In this document: one piece after another, positions 24,631-33,831 of the stretch | Numbering within the stretch: position 1 is the first letter of the stretch | Layout: every line of letters starts with the position of its first letter | From: an uncultured Verrucomicrobiae bacterium | GTDB taxonomy: Bacteria; Verrucomicrobiota; Verrucomicrobiia; Chthoniobacterales; UBA10450 | DNA: 64,000 bases | Assembly (NCBI GenBank): GCA_963801815.1 | Contig: CAWDGJ010000003.1 | Coordinates: 832,001 to 896,000, forward strand | Direction of reading: 5' to 3' | Translations under genes and position numbers: made by a program | Notes under the pieces: model-generated | Seen by the model: the letters and a program-made list of their open reading frames with translations, nothing else | Told to the model about the DNA's origin: nothing | Database searches by the model: none

Positions 24631-25169
24631 TTGGTCGCGTTAAGAATGATCTCCGCAGCTGTCCGTAAATCCTCGGCCACCCAATCAGCGCAACTGCCGT
24701 CCGTCATCTTATCCAAGCCAGTTCGAACTCGAATCGCCCGCAGACCCGCGTTGTGGGCGCATTCGGCATCGATCTCCTTGTCGCCGATCAAGAACGACCT
24801 CGAGAGATCGACAGCGCGTTCGCGCGCAGCTTGCAAGACCATCCCGGGCGCTGGTTTTCGGCATTCCGATGGCTGACCGGGCACGTCCGGGCAAAAATAA
24901 GTCGCATCGATTAAACCATCGCCAATTTGGAGCGAAACCTCTGCTTCAACTGCGCGATAATTTTTTTCGCTGAAGAACCCGCGGCCAATCCCACTCTGGT
25001 TGGTGATCACGATAATTTTATAGCCGGCGTTTTTAAGTCGTCGCAGGGCCGCGGAGACACCGTCAAAAATACGAACCTGATCGGGGTGAGAACAATAATC
25101 GGCGTCATGCATGATTGTGCCGTCGCGGTCGAGAAAGACCGCCGGCGACTTCGGGTTAGTCGAAGTCAT
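24627..25169 (-). CDS. gmhB: D-glycero-D-manno-heptose 1,7-bisphosphate phosphatase (HAD)
   Basis: FLDRDGTI, ITNQSGIGRG and CRKPAPGM motifs. Confidence 0.9.
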
Positions 25170-26163
25170 GTTCGAAACTGGAAATCAATTCCTCGCGGGT
25201 GACCGTCGCGGTTCCGAGTTTGCCAACGACCACCGCGCTCGCGTAATTCGCGATTTGGGCGGCCTCGAGTGGCGTGGCGTTGCAGACAAGCGCCAGAGTG
25301 AACATCGCGATCGCCGTATCGCCCGCGCCGGAAACGTCGAAGACGTCGCGCGCTTTCGTCGGGATGTGGTGGGGCCGCTTGCCTCTTTCGAAGAACATCA
25401 TCCCATTTTCGCCGAGGGTTATCAGGAGATATTGCGTTCCCCATTTTCGCATCAATTCCTTTCCGGCGCGGGCAAGATCGACATCCTTTTTTGGCGCAAG
25501 GCCGGCGTCACGATTGGGAATACCAGCGGCGAGAAATGCTTCCGCGCGATTTGGTTTAACCGCCGTTATGCCGCTCCAATCGATCAAGTTGTGGGGGTTT
25601 GGATCCGCCGTAACGATTTTTTTGGCCGCTCGCGCCTGGCGTGCGATTTGCGAGACTAATCCGGCTGCCAGAAATCCTTTGCCGTAATCCTCAAAGATAA
25701 TCGCATCGACGTCATTCAATCGTTTCCGAACGGTTGTAACAGCCCTCGCAATCTGCTTGTTCGAAGGGGGCGTGATTTTCTCGCGATCGACCCGGACAAC
25801 CTGCTGATGCCGGGCGATGATCCGCGTCTTGACGATGGTTTGGAACTTTTCGTCTTCGACCGCGTCCGAGACGTCGATCTTACCGTTCGCCAGCAATTCG
25901 CGAAGTTGTTGCGCGCTCCGGTCATTTCCAATCATGCCGATTATGGAAATGCGGTCGACGAATTCCCGGAGATTACGGGCGACGTTGGCAGCGCCGCCCG
26001 GGAAGAAACTCTCGCCAGTCACTTCAACCACAGGCACCGGCGCTTCCGGCGAAATCCGGCCCACCTTCCCCCAGACAAATTCGTCGAGCATCAGGTCGCC
26101 AATGACGAGGATGCGCTTCGTTCGGGCGCGGTCGAGGATCTGGCGAAGCCTTTTTAAGTCCAT
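25156..26163 (-). CDS. rfaE1: D-glycero-beta-D-manno-heptose-7-phosphate kinase
   Basis: GDLMLDEF, RISPEAPVPVV and DVSGAGDT motifs. Confidence 0.93.
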   Translation of the reverse strand: MDLKRLRQILDRARTKRILVIGDLMLDEFVWGKVGRISPEAPVPVVEVTGESFFPGGAANVARNLREFVDRISIIGMIGNDRSAQQLRELLANGKIDVSDAVEDEKFQTIVKTRIIARHQQVVRVDREKITPPSNKQIARAVTTVRKRLNDVDAIIFEDYGKGFLAAGLVSQIARQARAAKKIVTADPNPHNLIDWSGITAVKPNRAEAFLAAGIPNRDAGLAPKKDVDLARAGKELMRKWGTQYLLITLGENGMMFFERGKRPHHIPTKARDVFDVSGAGDTAIAMFTLALVCNATPLEAAQIANYASAVVVGKLGTATVTREELISSFEHDFD

Positions 26164-26314
26164 ATGGCCGACGAGGTGCGATGTTGGGCGGAAAGGAATT
26201 GACGTGGGTCAGTCAAAATTGTTAGGCGCAGGTATTTGTGCGGAGCCAAGGTTCTGCTTACAATGGCTTCATTAATCCTGAATACTAAGCCAAAATCAAC
26301 AGTCGAAGCTGCCG

Positions 26315-27118
26315 ATGATTGCCTTTTCTAAAACATTGAAGATCAGCGCGAGCGTGTTCCTTGGGGCCACGCTTTGCCTCCATGCCGCTCAGGCCCCACA
26401 ACGAATCGACGTCACCCAGATGTCGAAGAAGGTCGAGAATGTTGTCGTGCCGCTGCCGAACGAAATCTTTGGCGCGCTTAACAAGCTCGGCTCGGTCAAC
26501 TGGCGCGAATACGTTCGCACGGAAAAAAGTAGTAACTTCACCGAGCGTCCTCGCATTGCCCTGCTTCTGGGGACTGTGATTGCCGACGGTTTCATCGCCG
26601 TCCAGGCGGAAGACGCGCCGGCAGTGAAGGAAATCGGTCAGCGTGTGCTGAATTTGTCGAAAGGCATCGGCGTCGGTAATTCAATCACGCCGCACGCCAA
26701 AGCGATTACGGAAGCAGCCGACAAGCGCAAGTGGGAAGAGGTTCGCCAGGAGCTAGATCGCACTCAGAGTAGCGTGCAGGCAGCGATGAACGAAGTGCAC
26801 GACGAAAAATTATCGCAGCTGGTCAGCTTGGGCGGCTGGTTGAGGGGCACCCAGGTTTTGACCGCTGTTGTGACCAAGCATTTTTCGGCGGACGGGGCGG
26901 AGCTTTTGCACCAGCCGGACTTGCTGGTTCATTTTCAAACCCAGCTTCAGGGCATGCCGGAGTTTAATCTGCCGATCATTCACGATATTCAGGACGCGCT
27001 TGGCCAAGTTAAGCCGCTGGTCGATGGCAGCTCCTCCTCTCACATATCTGCGGAGTCGGTCCGGAAAATCAACGACATCACAACGAAGCTCGACAGCGGA
27101 ATCGTAACGAAGGATTGA
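26315..27118 (+). CDS. hypothetical exported alpha-helical protein
   Basis: 267 aa ORF with a signal peptide; no motif recognised. Confidence 0.75.
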   Translation: MIAFSKTLKISASVFLGATLCLHAAQAPQRIDVTQMSKKVENVVVPLPNEIFGALNKLGSVNWREYVRTEKSSNFTERPRIALLLGTVIADGFIAVQAEDAPAVKEIGQRVLNLSKGIGVGNSITPHAKAITEAADKRKWEEVRQELDRTQSSVQAAMNEVHDEKLSQLVSLGGWLRGTQVLTAVVTKHFSADGAELLHQPDLLVHFQTQLQGMPEFNLPIIHDIQDALGQVKPLVDGSSSSHISAESVRKINDITTKLDSGIVTKD

Positions 27119-27128
27119 AAAGCCTCTC

Positions 27129-27578
27129 ATGAACCGCTTCATAAAACTCAGTTTGCGGGCAGGCCTGATCGTTCTCGTCAGTTTCGTTCTTCCGCGCGGG
27201 GCCGGCGGAACGGTGGATGATGCGCAATCGTTCGCGCTCCAGTCGGCGGAGCCGTACGTGAAAGAAGGATTTCAAGTTCGCGAGGACTACTGGGGTGGCG
27301 ATCTTGGCTCGGGTGAGAAAAAGGCGGTGCGCCAACAGTTGTTTAAAGGCAATGAGTATTGGTTTTGGCTGGGAACCGAAGTCGAGCGGGCAAAGATCTC
27401 AGTCCACATTTACGATTCCGAAGGAAAACTCGCGGAACAACCGGACAGTTGGGAGAAGGGTCATTTCGCGGCCGCGCACGTCATTCCGAAGGCGACCAGC
27501 AGTTACTTCATCATCGTTTCCGTGGAAGAATCCCCCGAGGAGCGCACCCACTGGGCGCTGGTTTACGGTTTCCGTTGA
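27129..27578 (+). CDS. hypothetical exported protein (beta-sandwich, PPC-like)
   Basis: 149 aa, signal-like N-terminus, LFKGNEYWFW...ISVHIYDSEGK pattern. Confidence 0.7.
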   Translation: MNRFIKLSLRAGLIVLVSFVLPRGAGGTVDDAQSFALQSAEPYVKEGFQVREDYWGGDLGSGEKKAVRQQLFKGNEYWFWLGTEVERAKISVHIYDSEGKLAEQPDSWEKGHFAAAHVIPKATSSYFIIVSVEESPEERTHWALVYGFR

Positions 27579-27614
27579 TCTGCAATTGTAGAAGTTAGGA
27601 GTGGTCGATCTTTG

Positions 27615-28589
27615 ATGACCGAAACGCGCACCCTGCATTTCGATAACGCACGTCAGCTGCAATCACTTTACGCAAACGATCTCCAGCTCTTGAAGCGAAT
27701 GGAAGATTCCCTCGGCGTGAGAGTCACTACTCGCGAAGGTTGGGTGAAGCTCGAAGGCGAGCCGGAGAAAATCGACAAAGCCCAGCGCGTCTTTGATCAG
27801 CTCCAGGCGGCCCAAAAAAACGGTGTGTCCATCCAGAAGCACGAATTTCAATACGCGCTCAATTCCGTGACCGAATCGCGTGACGACAATCTCAGCGACG
27901 CGGTTTCGATGAAGATCACCACCTCGCCGCGCAAGCCTCCGATTGTCGCGCGCTCGGCTGGACAAAAAAATTATCTCGAAGCGATCGAAAAACACGACAT
28001 CGTTTTCGGAATTGGTCCGGCTGGCACCGGCAAAACTTATCTCGCTGTGGCGATGGCCGTGTCGGCGTTAAAAAAAGATCAGGTTAGCCGAATCATTCTG
28101 ACCCGGCCGGCCGTCGAAGCCGGCGAAGCGCTCGGATTTTTACCCGGCGAGCTCGAACAAAAAATCGCGCCTTATCTTCGTCCGCTTTACGACGCGCTCC
28201 GCGATATGCTCGAAGCGGAAGAGATCGAGCGCTCGATCGCGCGCCAAACGATCGAAGTCGCACCGCTTGCTTACATGCGCGGCCGCACATTAAACAACGC
28301 GTTTGTGATTCTGGATGAAGCGCAAAACACGACGACTGAGCAGATGTTCATGTTACTGACGCGCATCGGGCCCCACTCGAAGTGCGTGATCACCGGCGAC
28401 GTGACCCAAATCGATCTGCCGACGAACAAACGGTCCGGAGTTGTGGAAGCTCTCCAGGCGCTGAAAAACATCCCGGGAATCTCCATTGTCTATTTCAACG
28501 AGCGCGATGTGGTACGCCATGAGCTGGTTCGTTCCATCATCACCGCTTACCAACAACATCGTTCGCCTGCGCCGTCGTCGCGCAAATAA
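27615..28589 (+). CDS. phoH: PhoH-family ATPase
   Basis: GPAGTGKTYLA, LGFLPG, YMRGRTL and DEAQN motifs. Confidence 0.95.
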   Translation: MTETRTLHFDNARQLQSLYANDLQLLKRMEDSLGVRVTTREGWVKLEGEPEKIDKAQRVFDQLQAAQKNGVSIQKHEFQYALNSVTESRDDNLSDAVSMKITTSPRKPPIVARSAGQKNYLEAIEKHDIVFGIGPAGTGKTYLAVAMAVSALKKDQVSRIILTRPAVEAGEALGFLPGELEQKIAPYLRPLYDALRDMLEAEEIERSIARQTIEVAPLAYMRGRTLNNAFVILDEAQNTTTEQMFMLLTRIGPHSKCVITGDVTQIDLPTNKRSGVVEALQALKNIPGISIVYFNERDVVRHELVRSIITAYQQHRSPAPSSRK

Positions 28590-28593
28590 AGTC

Positions 28594-30231
28594 ATGTTTG
28601 ATTTCGTAAGACGCAGAAGACTTCTGAAGCGCGGATTGGCTTCCAAAAAGCAGCGGCGCCGCCGTACTCGCAATGAACTGCTGCGAAGCTTGGAGTATGC
28701 GCGCTTCGTGAAAGTGATCATTCTCGCAGCTTTCGTAGCGGGCCTGGCCTATTTGATTTTCAGCAGCCAGCAGCCGGAGCCAACCAAGAGTTTTGTGATC
28801 GCGCTGTTGTTTTTCGCCACCGCGGTTGCGGCGCTTTGGATCAATCATCCGGCAACGTTTGCCCAAAATTCGCGCGTCTTCTTGGTTTTGGCGACAATCT
28901 TCGTTCAGCTCGCGGCGATCAAACTCGTACTGATCCTGTGCAGCGAACACGCGTTCAAGTTTCTCACGCCGGAAATGGGCTGGTTGCTTGCGCCTTACGC
29001 GTTCGCGCCGCTGGTGCTCAGTGTTTTGCTCGGAAGAAATCACGGACTTTACGCGGCTTTCTTCGTGAGCTTTTGGAGCAGCGTGCTGTTCGTCAAAATC
29101 GACGCGCCGTTGCTCGTCATCAGCTTGATCAGCGGATTTACCGCCGTTTATCTCACCCTCCAAGTGCGTCGGCGGAGCAAACTCATTCGCGCCGGTCTCG
29201 GAGTCGGGGTCGCGATTTGGCTCGCCTCTCTCTGCTTCGGATTAATCACGATCAACTTTTTCCCGCCAACCGACAATGAGTGGGGAATGATCGGCATCCA
29301 AAGCGCGCTGGCGCTCGGCAATGGAATTGTCACCGCCATGATCGTCGGCGGGGCGTTGCCTTTGCTCGAACATCTCTTCCAAATCACGACTGACGTGTCG
29401 TGGCTCGAACTGTCGGATTTGAATCACCCGTTGTTGCGGCGAATGACCATCGAAGCGCCGGGCACCTATCATCACAGTCTGGTGGTCGCGAATCTGGCCG
29501 AAGCCGCTGCCGAAGCGATCGGCGCCAATGCAACGCTTTGCCGCGTCTGCGCCTATTTTCACGACGCCGGCAAATTGGTGAAGCCGGAATACTTCACCGA
29601 GAACATGAATTTTGAGCGAAACCCGCACGATGATCTCGCGCCAACCATGAGCGCGCTCATCATCATTTCGCACGTGAAGGAAGGCGTTGATCTCGCGCTC
29701 AAGCACAAACTCAATCAGCGCATCATCGACATTATCCAGGAACATCATGGCACATCGCTCGTTTATTATTTTTACCAGCGTGCGCTCCAACAGCAGGAAG
29801 ACGCGCGCGCCGGCGGGAAAATCATGAACATCCGCGAGGAAGACATTCCAGAAGTTCAGGAAGAAAGTTTTCGTTATTCCGGCCCCAAGCCGCAGACCAA
29901 AGAAAGCGCGATCGTGAGTCTCGCCGACATCGTCGAAAGCGCGTCGCGAAGTTTGGAGAAACCGACACCGCAAAAAGTCGAGCAGTTGGTAAACGAATTG
30001 ATCGAGGAGCGGATTGCCGATGGTCAACTCGATGAATGCGATCTGACTCTCGGCGAATTGCGCGTAATCGCCGAGCGATTCCGTTTCACCTTGATGACGA
30101 TGTTGCACACGCGCATCGCTTATCCGAAAGGCGAATCGAAATTCACACCGGTTGATGAGGAAAAGTTTAGGCCAGACGTGATGGCATCGTTGCGCAAACC
30201 CGCAACCGCGCCGCCGGTGTCAGCGGCGTAG
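28594..30231 (+). CDS. 7TM-HD (HDIG) phosphohydrolase, PgpH-like
   Basis: Multiple TM segments followed by EAPGTYHHS, YFHDAGK, EHHGT and ADIVESASR. Confidence 0.9.
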   Translation: MFDFVRRRRLLKRGLASKKQRRRRTRNELLRSLEYARFVKVIILAAFVAGLAYLIFSSQQPEPTKSFVIALLFFATAVAALWINHPATFAQNSRVFLVLATIFVQLAAIKLVLILCSEHAFKFLTPEMGWLLAPYAFAPLVLSVLLGRNHGLYAAFFVSFWSSVLFVKIDAPLLVISLISGFTAVYLTLQVRRRSKLIRAGLGVGVAIWLASLCFGLITINFFPPTDNEWGMIGIQSALALGNGIVTAMIVGGALPLLEHLFQITTDVSWLELSDLNHPLLRRMTIEAPGTYHHSLVVANLAEAAAEAIGANATLCRVCAYFHDAGKLVKPEYFTENMNFERNPHDDLAPTMSALIIISHVKEGVDLALKHKLNQRIIDIIQEHHGTSLVYYFYQRALQQQEDARAGGKIMNIREEDIPEVQEESFRYSGPKPQTKESAIVSLADIVESASRSLEKPTPQKVEQLVNELIEERIADGQLDECDLTLGELRVIAERFRFTLMTMLHTRIAYPKGESKFTPVDEEKFRPDVMASLRKPATAPPVSAA

Positions 30232-30237
30232 CCGCCG

Positions 30238-30351
30238 AAAACCCGAAACTCGAAATCCGAAACAATTTCGAATGTCCAAAATGGACGCAAAACGTTCTTG
30301 AATTTCGTGTTGGTTGATTCGTGCTTGTTTCGAGCTTCGGATTTCGAATTT
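30238..30351. repeat. empty heptamer-arm inverted repeat, same subfamily as 15152-15377
   Basis: aaacccgaaactcgaaatccgaaacaatttcgaat versus the reverse complement of the right arm, aaattcgaaatccgaagctcgaaacaagcacgaat. Confidence 0.75.
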
Positions 30352-30411
30352 GTAGAATCAGAGATCCTTCGCTACTGAGCGCGGCGTTCGGGTAAGATCG
30401 TGATCAGGAAA

Positions 30412-30550
30412 TCTGAGGAGCACACCCGCCTCGGGTGTTCATTTCGGCGCCTCGCCAAAATGTCCGAATGAACAGCGACGGTACTGATGTCGAAAGTTCG
30501 TGATCGCGAGGGCGCGATCACCAGCACGCGAGGCGCGTGCGCTCCCCAGA
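30412..30550. repeat. REP doublet (REPIN/BIME-like), GGAGC.CAC.CGCCTCG.GTG family
   Basis: tctgaggagcacacccgcctcgggtg... and the inverted copy ...cacgcgaggcgcgtgcgctccccaga, each with an internal hairpin. Confidence 0.75.
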
Positions 30551-30643
30551 AACCAATCTCGCCGCCGACCTCTCCCAAGAAGAACTCAGTCACGAAGAGG
30601 TTTTGGGTGTTCAAAAAAAAGTCGCGGCAAATTTGAGAAACTT

Positions 30644-31141
30644 CTAACCGACGCGCTGGGCGCGTGAGCTAGCGCCGCCAAGCGCCGTATTCAGATGCCA
30701 ATTAGCTAATTTCCATTCGGGGTCGTCGTTCATTCGGTAATCGAACGGACGAGGTGAAGACTTTTCTTCGATGATTCTTGTAAGTTCCTTGTGAATTGGA
30801 TCTGGCTCGTAGACGCGATAGACCAGCTCGCGCGAGGCGTTCCAAGTGATTCGAGCGAGAAACAGTGCGTTTGGTTTTTTCACGTCACCTTTGAAGAGGT
30901 GATCGAGGGAATCGCCGTATTGATCGAGTAATCGTTTCTCAGCTCTTGAAGGCATCCCGTTCGCAGCGAGATCCCGACACTGAAACATCAAAGAAAGATG
31001 CCACGCGAAAACAGTTTTGGGTTCCCAGCCGCGCAGCTCCCGATTGATAACTGCAGCGCCTGGCATTTTGTCCTGAATAAAATCAACGATCGTCAGCCGC
31101 TCATCCGCGATGACGATTTCATATTTCTTTTCAGACTTCAC
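30644..31141 (-). CDS. DUF695-like protein
   Basis: GTG start overlaps the nuoC stop (GTGA). WHLSL...NGMPS...FLARITWNASRELVYRV...DDPEW pattern. Confidence 0.7.
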   Translation of the reverse strand: MKSEKKYEIVIADERLTIVDFIQDKMPGAAVINRELRGWEPKTVFAWHLSLMFQCRDLAANGMPSRAEKRLLDQYGDSLDHLFKGDVKKPNALFLARITWNASRELVYRVYEPDPIHKELTRIIEEKSSPRPFDYRMNDDPEWKLANWHLNTALGGASSRAQRVG

Positions 31142-31710
31142 AGCTCCGGCGGTCTTGCGCGCGGTTCGCGGTCTTTGGCAGTCGCGGTGCTGGGTTGGGT
31201 TACGAACGGGCCGCCTTCGAGAGGCGCGGATCTGGTGAACGCGACATCGGGCATGTCGCTCGGGAGGCCTTCCAACGGAAATTCCTTGCGCAACGGAAAG
31301 AATGGATAGCCGTCCCACATTAGAATCCGTCGAAGATCGGGATGACCTTTGAATTTGATTCCCATCATGTCGTAAATCTCGCGCTCGTGCCAATTCGCGG
31401 TCGGCCAGATATCGGAAACAGTGGCGACCTGCTCGTCTTCGCCGATCTTCAATTTCAAGCGGAGATGAACCGCAAGGGTCATCGAATAGAGCTCGTAGAC
31501 GATTTCAAAGCGCGGCTCTTCGCCGGCGTTATCGATGCTCGTGATGTCGATCAAGTAATCGAACGAAAGATCGTCGCGGCAGAACTTTGCAATCTCGCGG
31601 ACATCGCTCGCGGAAATCGTGTAGGTAGTCTCTGCGCGAAATTCAGTTTTCGCCTGTAGCTTTGCCCCGAACAGTTTCCCTAACGAATCGAGAAGTTCCG
31701 ATCCCGTCAT
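31138..31710 (-). CDS. nuoC: NADH-quinone oxidoreductase subunit C
   Basis: WPTANWHEREIYDMMGIKFKGHPDLRRILM and PLRKEFP motifs. Confidence 0.95.
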   Translation of the reverse strand: MTGSELLDSLGKLFGAKLQAKTEFRAETTYTISASDVREIAKFCRDDLSFDYLIDITSIDNAGEEPRFEIVYELYSMTLAVHLRLKLKIGEDEQVATVSDIWPTANWHEREIYDMMGIKFKGHPDLRRILMWDGYPFFPLRKEFPLEGLPSDMPDVAFTRSAPLEGGPFVTQPSTATAKDREPRARPPEL

Positions 31711-31717
31711 CGAAGAA

Positions 31718-31747
31718 AAGGATGAAGGTTGAGGGGTGAAGGATGAA
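31718..31747. repeat. solo heptamer array (aaggatg-like) just upstream of the nuoC start
   Basis: aaggatgaaggttgaggggtgaaggatgaa; same unit as the obgE internal element. Confidence 0.65.
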
Positions 31748-31761
31748 AAACAAACTGAGCG

Positions 31762-31870
31762 GTCATCCTGAACGAATGTGAGGGACCTCTCAAAAGCTGA
31801 TTGATCACACAATCCAATTTGCGTGATGCACGCTTCGACTGTGAGGTTCCTCGCTCTGCTCGGAATGACA
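31762..31870. repeat. REP/MITE-like palindromic element (second GTCATCC...GAATGAC copy) between nuoB and nuoC
   Basis: gtcatcctgaacgaatgtgagggacctctc ... tgaggttcctcgctctgctcggaatgaca. Shares the internal tcacac...gcgtga with the 21185 copy. Confidence 0.75.
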
Positions 31871-31876
31871 ACGCGC

Positions 31877-32413
31877 TCATGTCAGTGCTTCGGCAAATTT
31901 CTTCGTCCACTCGGGCTTTTGCTGCAGAAATGATTTCTCGCCGGAAATTTTTTCCTGTAATTTCATCAGACCGGCGAGGAGCGCTTCCGGACGCGGTGGG
32001 CAGCCGGAAATGTAAACATCAACGGGCAACAGTTGATCGATTCCCTGGAGCACTGCGTAGGAACGATACATTCCGCCAGTGGAGGCGCATGCTCCCATGG
32101 CAATCACCCATTTTGGTTCGGGCATTTGGTCATAAATTCGCTTCACGGCGAGGGCCATTTTGTAAGTCACTGTGCCGGCAACGATCATTACGTCGCATTG
32201 GCGCGGCGAGAACCGCATCACTTCGGCGCCAAATCGCGCGATGTCGAAACGCGACGCGGCCGTCGCCATTAATTCGATCGCGCAACAAGCCAGGCCCATT
32301 GGCATTGGCCAAAGCGAATTCTTGCGGACCCAATTGAAGGCGGCGTCGAGTCGGGTAAAAATGACGTTGCCCTCGATTTTTGAGTCGTATGCGCTTGCCC
32401 GCGTCTCAGCCAT
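31877..32413 (-). CDS. nuoB: NADH-quinone oxidoreductase subunit B
   Basis: [27 protein letters not shown] and GCPPRPE motifs. Confidence 0.97.
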   Translation of the reverse strand: MAETRASAYDSKIEGNVIFTRLDAAFNWVRKNSLWPMPMGLACCAIELMATAASRFDIARFGAEVMRFSPRQCDVMIVAGTVTYKMALAVKRIYDQMPEPKWVIAMGACASTGGMYRSYAVLQGIDQLLPVDVYISGCPPRPEALLAGLMKLQEKISGEKSFLQQKPEWTKKFAEALT

Positions 32414-32456
32414 GGCGAAACACTAAGGTTCCGACAGGTGGCCGCAAGGGAAAATG

Positions 32457-32545
32457 GCCACAGATTGACACCGATTAAACACAGATTACGGAAAACTCAG
32501 ATTCAAATCTGAAATCATCTGTGTAAATCTGTGTGTATCTGTGGC
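32457..32545. repeat. inverted pair of ~9-10-mer tandem arrays (acacagat / atctgtgt)
   Basis: gccacagattgacaccgattaaacacagatt ... atctgtgtaaatctgtgtgtatctgtggc. Confidence 0.8.
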
Positions 32546-32565
32546 TAATTCAGCCGCGCTAAGAA

Positions 32566-33386
32566 ATGACCAACCAACCAAAACGCACCCATCTCGACGA
32601 GCTCGAGAACCAGAGCATTTTTATTTTTCGCGAGGCGTATCACGCGTTCAAGAACATCTGTATGCCGTGGTCGATGGGGAAGGATTCGAACGTTTTGGTC
32701 TGGCTGGCGCGGAAAGCGTTTTTCGGCCGGGTGCCATTTCCGGTCTTGCACATCGACACCACCTACGAGTTTCCCGAGATGCTCGAGTTCCGCGAATGGG
32801 CGAAGACGCATCACAACCTGACCTGATCGTGAAGATCAACGCTGAAGCTCGCGCGCGCGGCGTCGGTTACGAGACGCACGACCCGGTGACCGTGACCCAC
32901 GAATTAAAAACGGTGGCCCTCCAACAGGTGCTCGCCGAATACAAATTCGATGCGCTGATCACAGGGATTCGACGCGACGAAGATCCAACCCGCGCCAAGG
33001 AGCGATATTTTTCGCCACGCAACGCGCAGTTTGAATGGGACTACAAAGATCAGCCGCCGGAATTCTGGGGACAATTCGTGACCAACGCAGCCAAAGGCGA
33101 GCATGTGCGTGTCCAGCCATTGCTCGATTGGACCGAAGTTGACGTGTGGCGTTACATCCAGCGCGAGAACATTCCGATTCCGCAAATGTATTTCGCGCGA
33201 AACGGCAAACGGTTTCGTTCGTTAGGCTGCAGGCCGATCACGCATCCGATCGAGAGCACGGCTTCGAATATCGAGGAGATTATCGTCGAGCTAGAGGGGA
33301 CGAAGGTTGGCGAGCGCGCCGGCCGCGCGCAGGATCACTACGAGCGCAACGCGATGCAGAAGCTCAGAGCGAAAGGCTTTTTATGA
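32566..33386 (+). CDS. cysD: sulfate adenylyltransferase subunit 2 (one frameshift near 32820)
   Basis: N-terminal part [28 protein letters not shown] (32566-32826). C-terminal part [24 protein letters not shown] in another frame. Confidence 0.9.
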
Positions 33387-33831
33387 AAACCGGAAAGCGG
33401 ATACCGGATACCGGAGAGATTTCGTGATGACGCGTCCGGAGTTTCGAAAGCGAACTTTTCAGTTTGGAATCCGCTGCATTCGTTTGGCCGAATCCCTTCC
33501 GAACGGTCCTGCTGCGCAGACGATTTCGCGGCAATTGATTCGATCTGCGACTTCAGTGGGAGCGAATTATCGCGCGGCGATTCGGAGCAAGTCCCGGGCA
33601 GATTTCATTTCAAAAATGGGAATCGTTGAGGAGGAATGCGACGAGGCTGTTTACTGGATTGAAGTAATTCTAGAGCTCGGATTCGTACCGGAGAAACGAA
33701 CGAAACAATTACTGCAGGAAGCTGGCGAAATCCTTGCCGTTACAGTTTCGTCAATCAAAACGGCTCGAAAGCGCAAACAACAATGAAAACGAAAGACTCT
33801 CCGGTATCCGGTATCCGATCTCCGGTATCCG
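33383..33831 (+). mobile_element. inverted-repeat-flanked four-helix-bundle cassette inserted at the cysD/cysN junction
   Basis: Perfect 21-bp inverted repeat cggataccggataccggagag (33398-33418) / ctctccggtatccggtatccg (33797-33817), built of ccggata heptamers. atgaaaac is repeated at 33383 and 33783. Confidence 0.7.
33427..33786 (+). CDS. four helix bundle protein (TIGR02436 / 23S rRNA IVP / Avd-like family)
   Basis: [17 protein letters not shown]...[19 protein letters not shown]...[24 protein letters not shown] signature. Confidence 0.93.
   Translation: MTRPEFRKRTFQFGIRCIRLAESLPNGPAAQTISRQLIRSATSVGANYRAAIRSKSRADFISKMGIVEEECDEAVYWIEVILELGFVPEKRTKQLLQEAGEILAVTVSSIKTARKRKQQ

Noticed and set aside
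32566..33386. cysD pseudogene or programmed frameshift
   Set aside because: A single missing base (cacaacctg/acctg) restores HNLDLIVK, there is no slippery site, and similar indels elsewhere suggest sequencing error.
33427..33786. Diversity-generating retroelement or 23S rRNA intervening sequence, given the Avd/IVP-like gene
   Set aside because: No reverse transcriptase, TR/VR repeat pair or rRNA gene is visible in the window.
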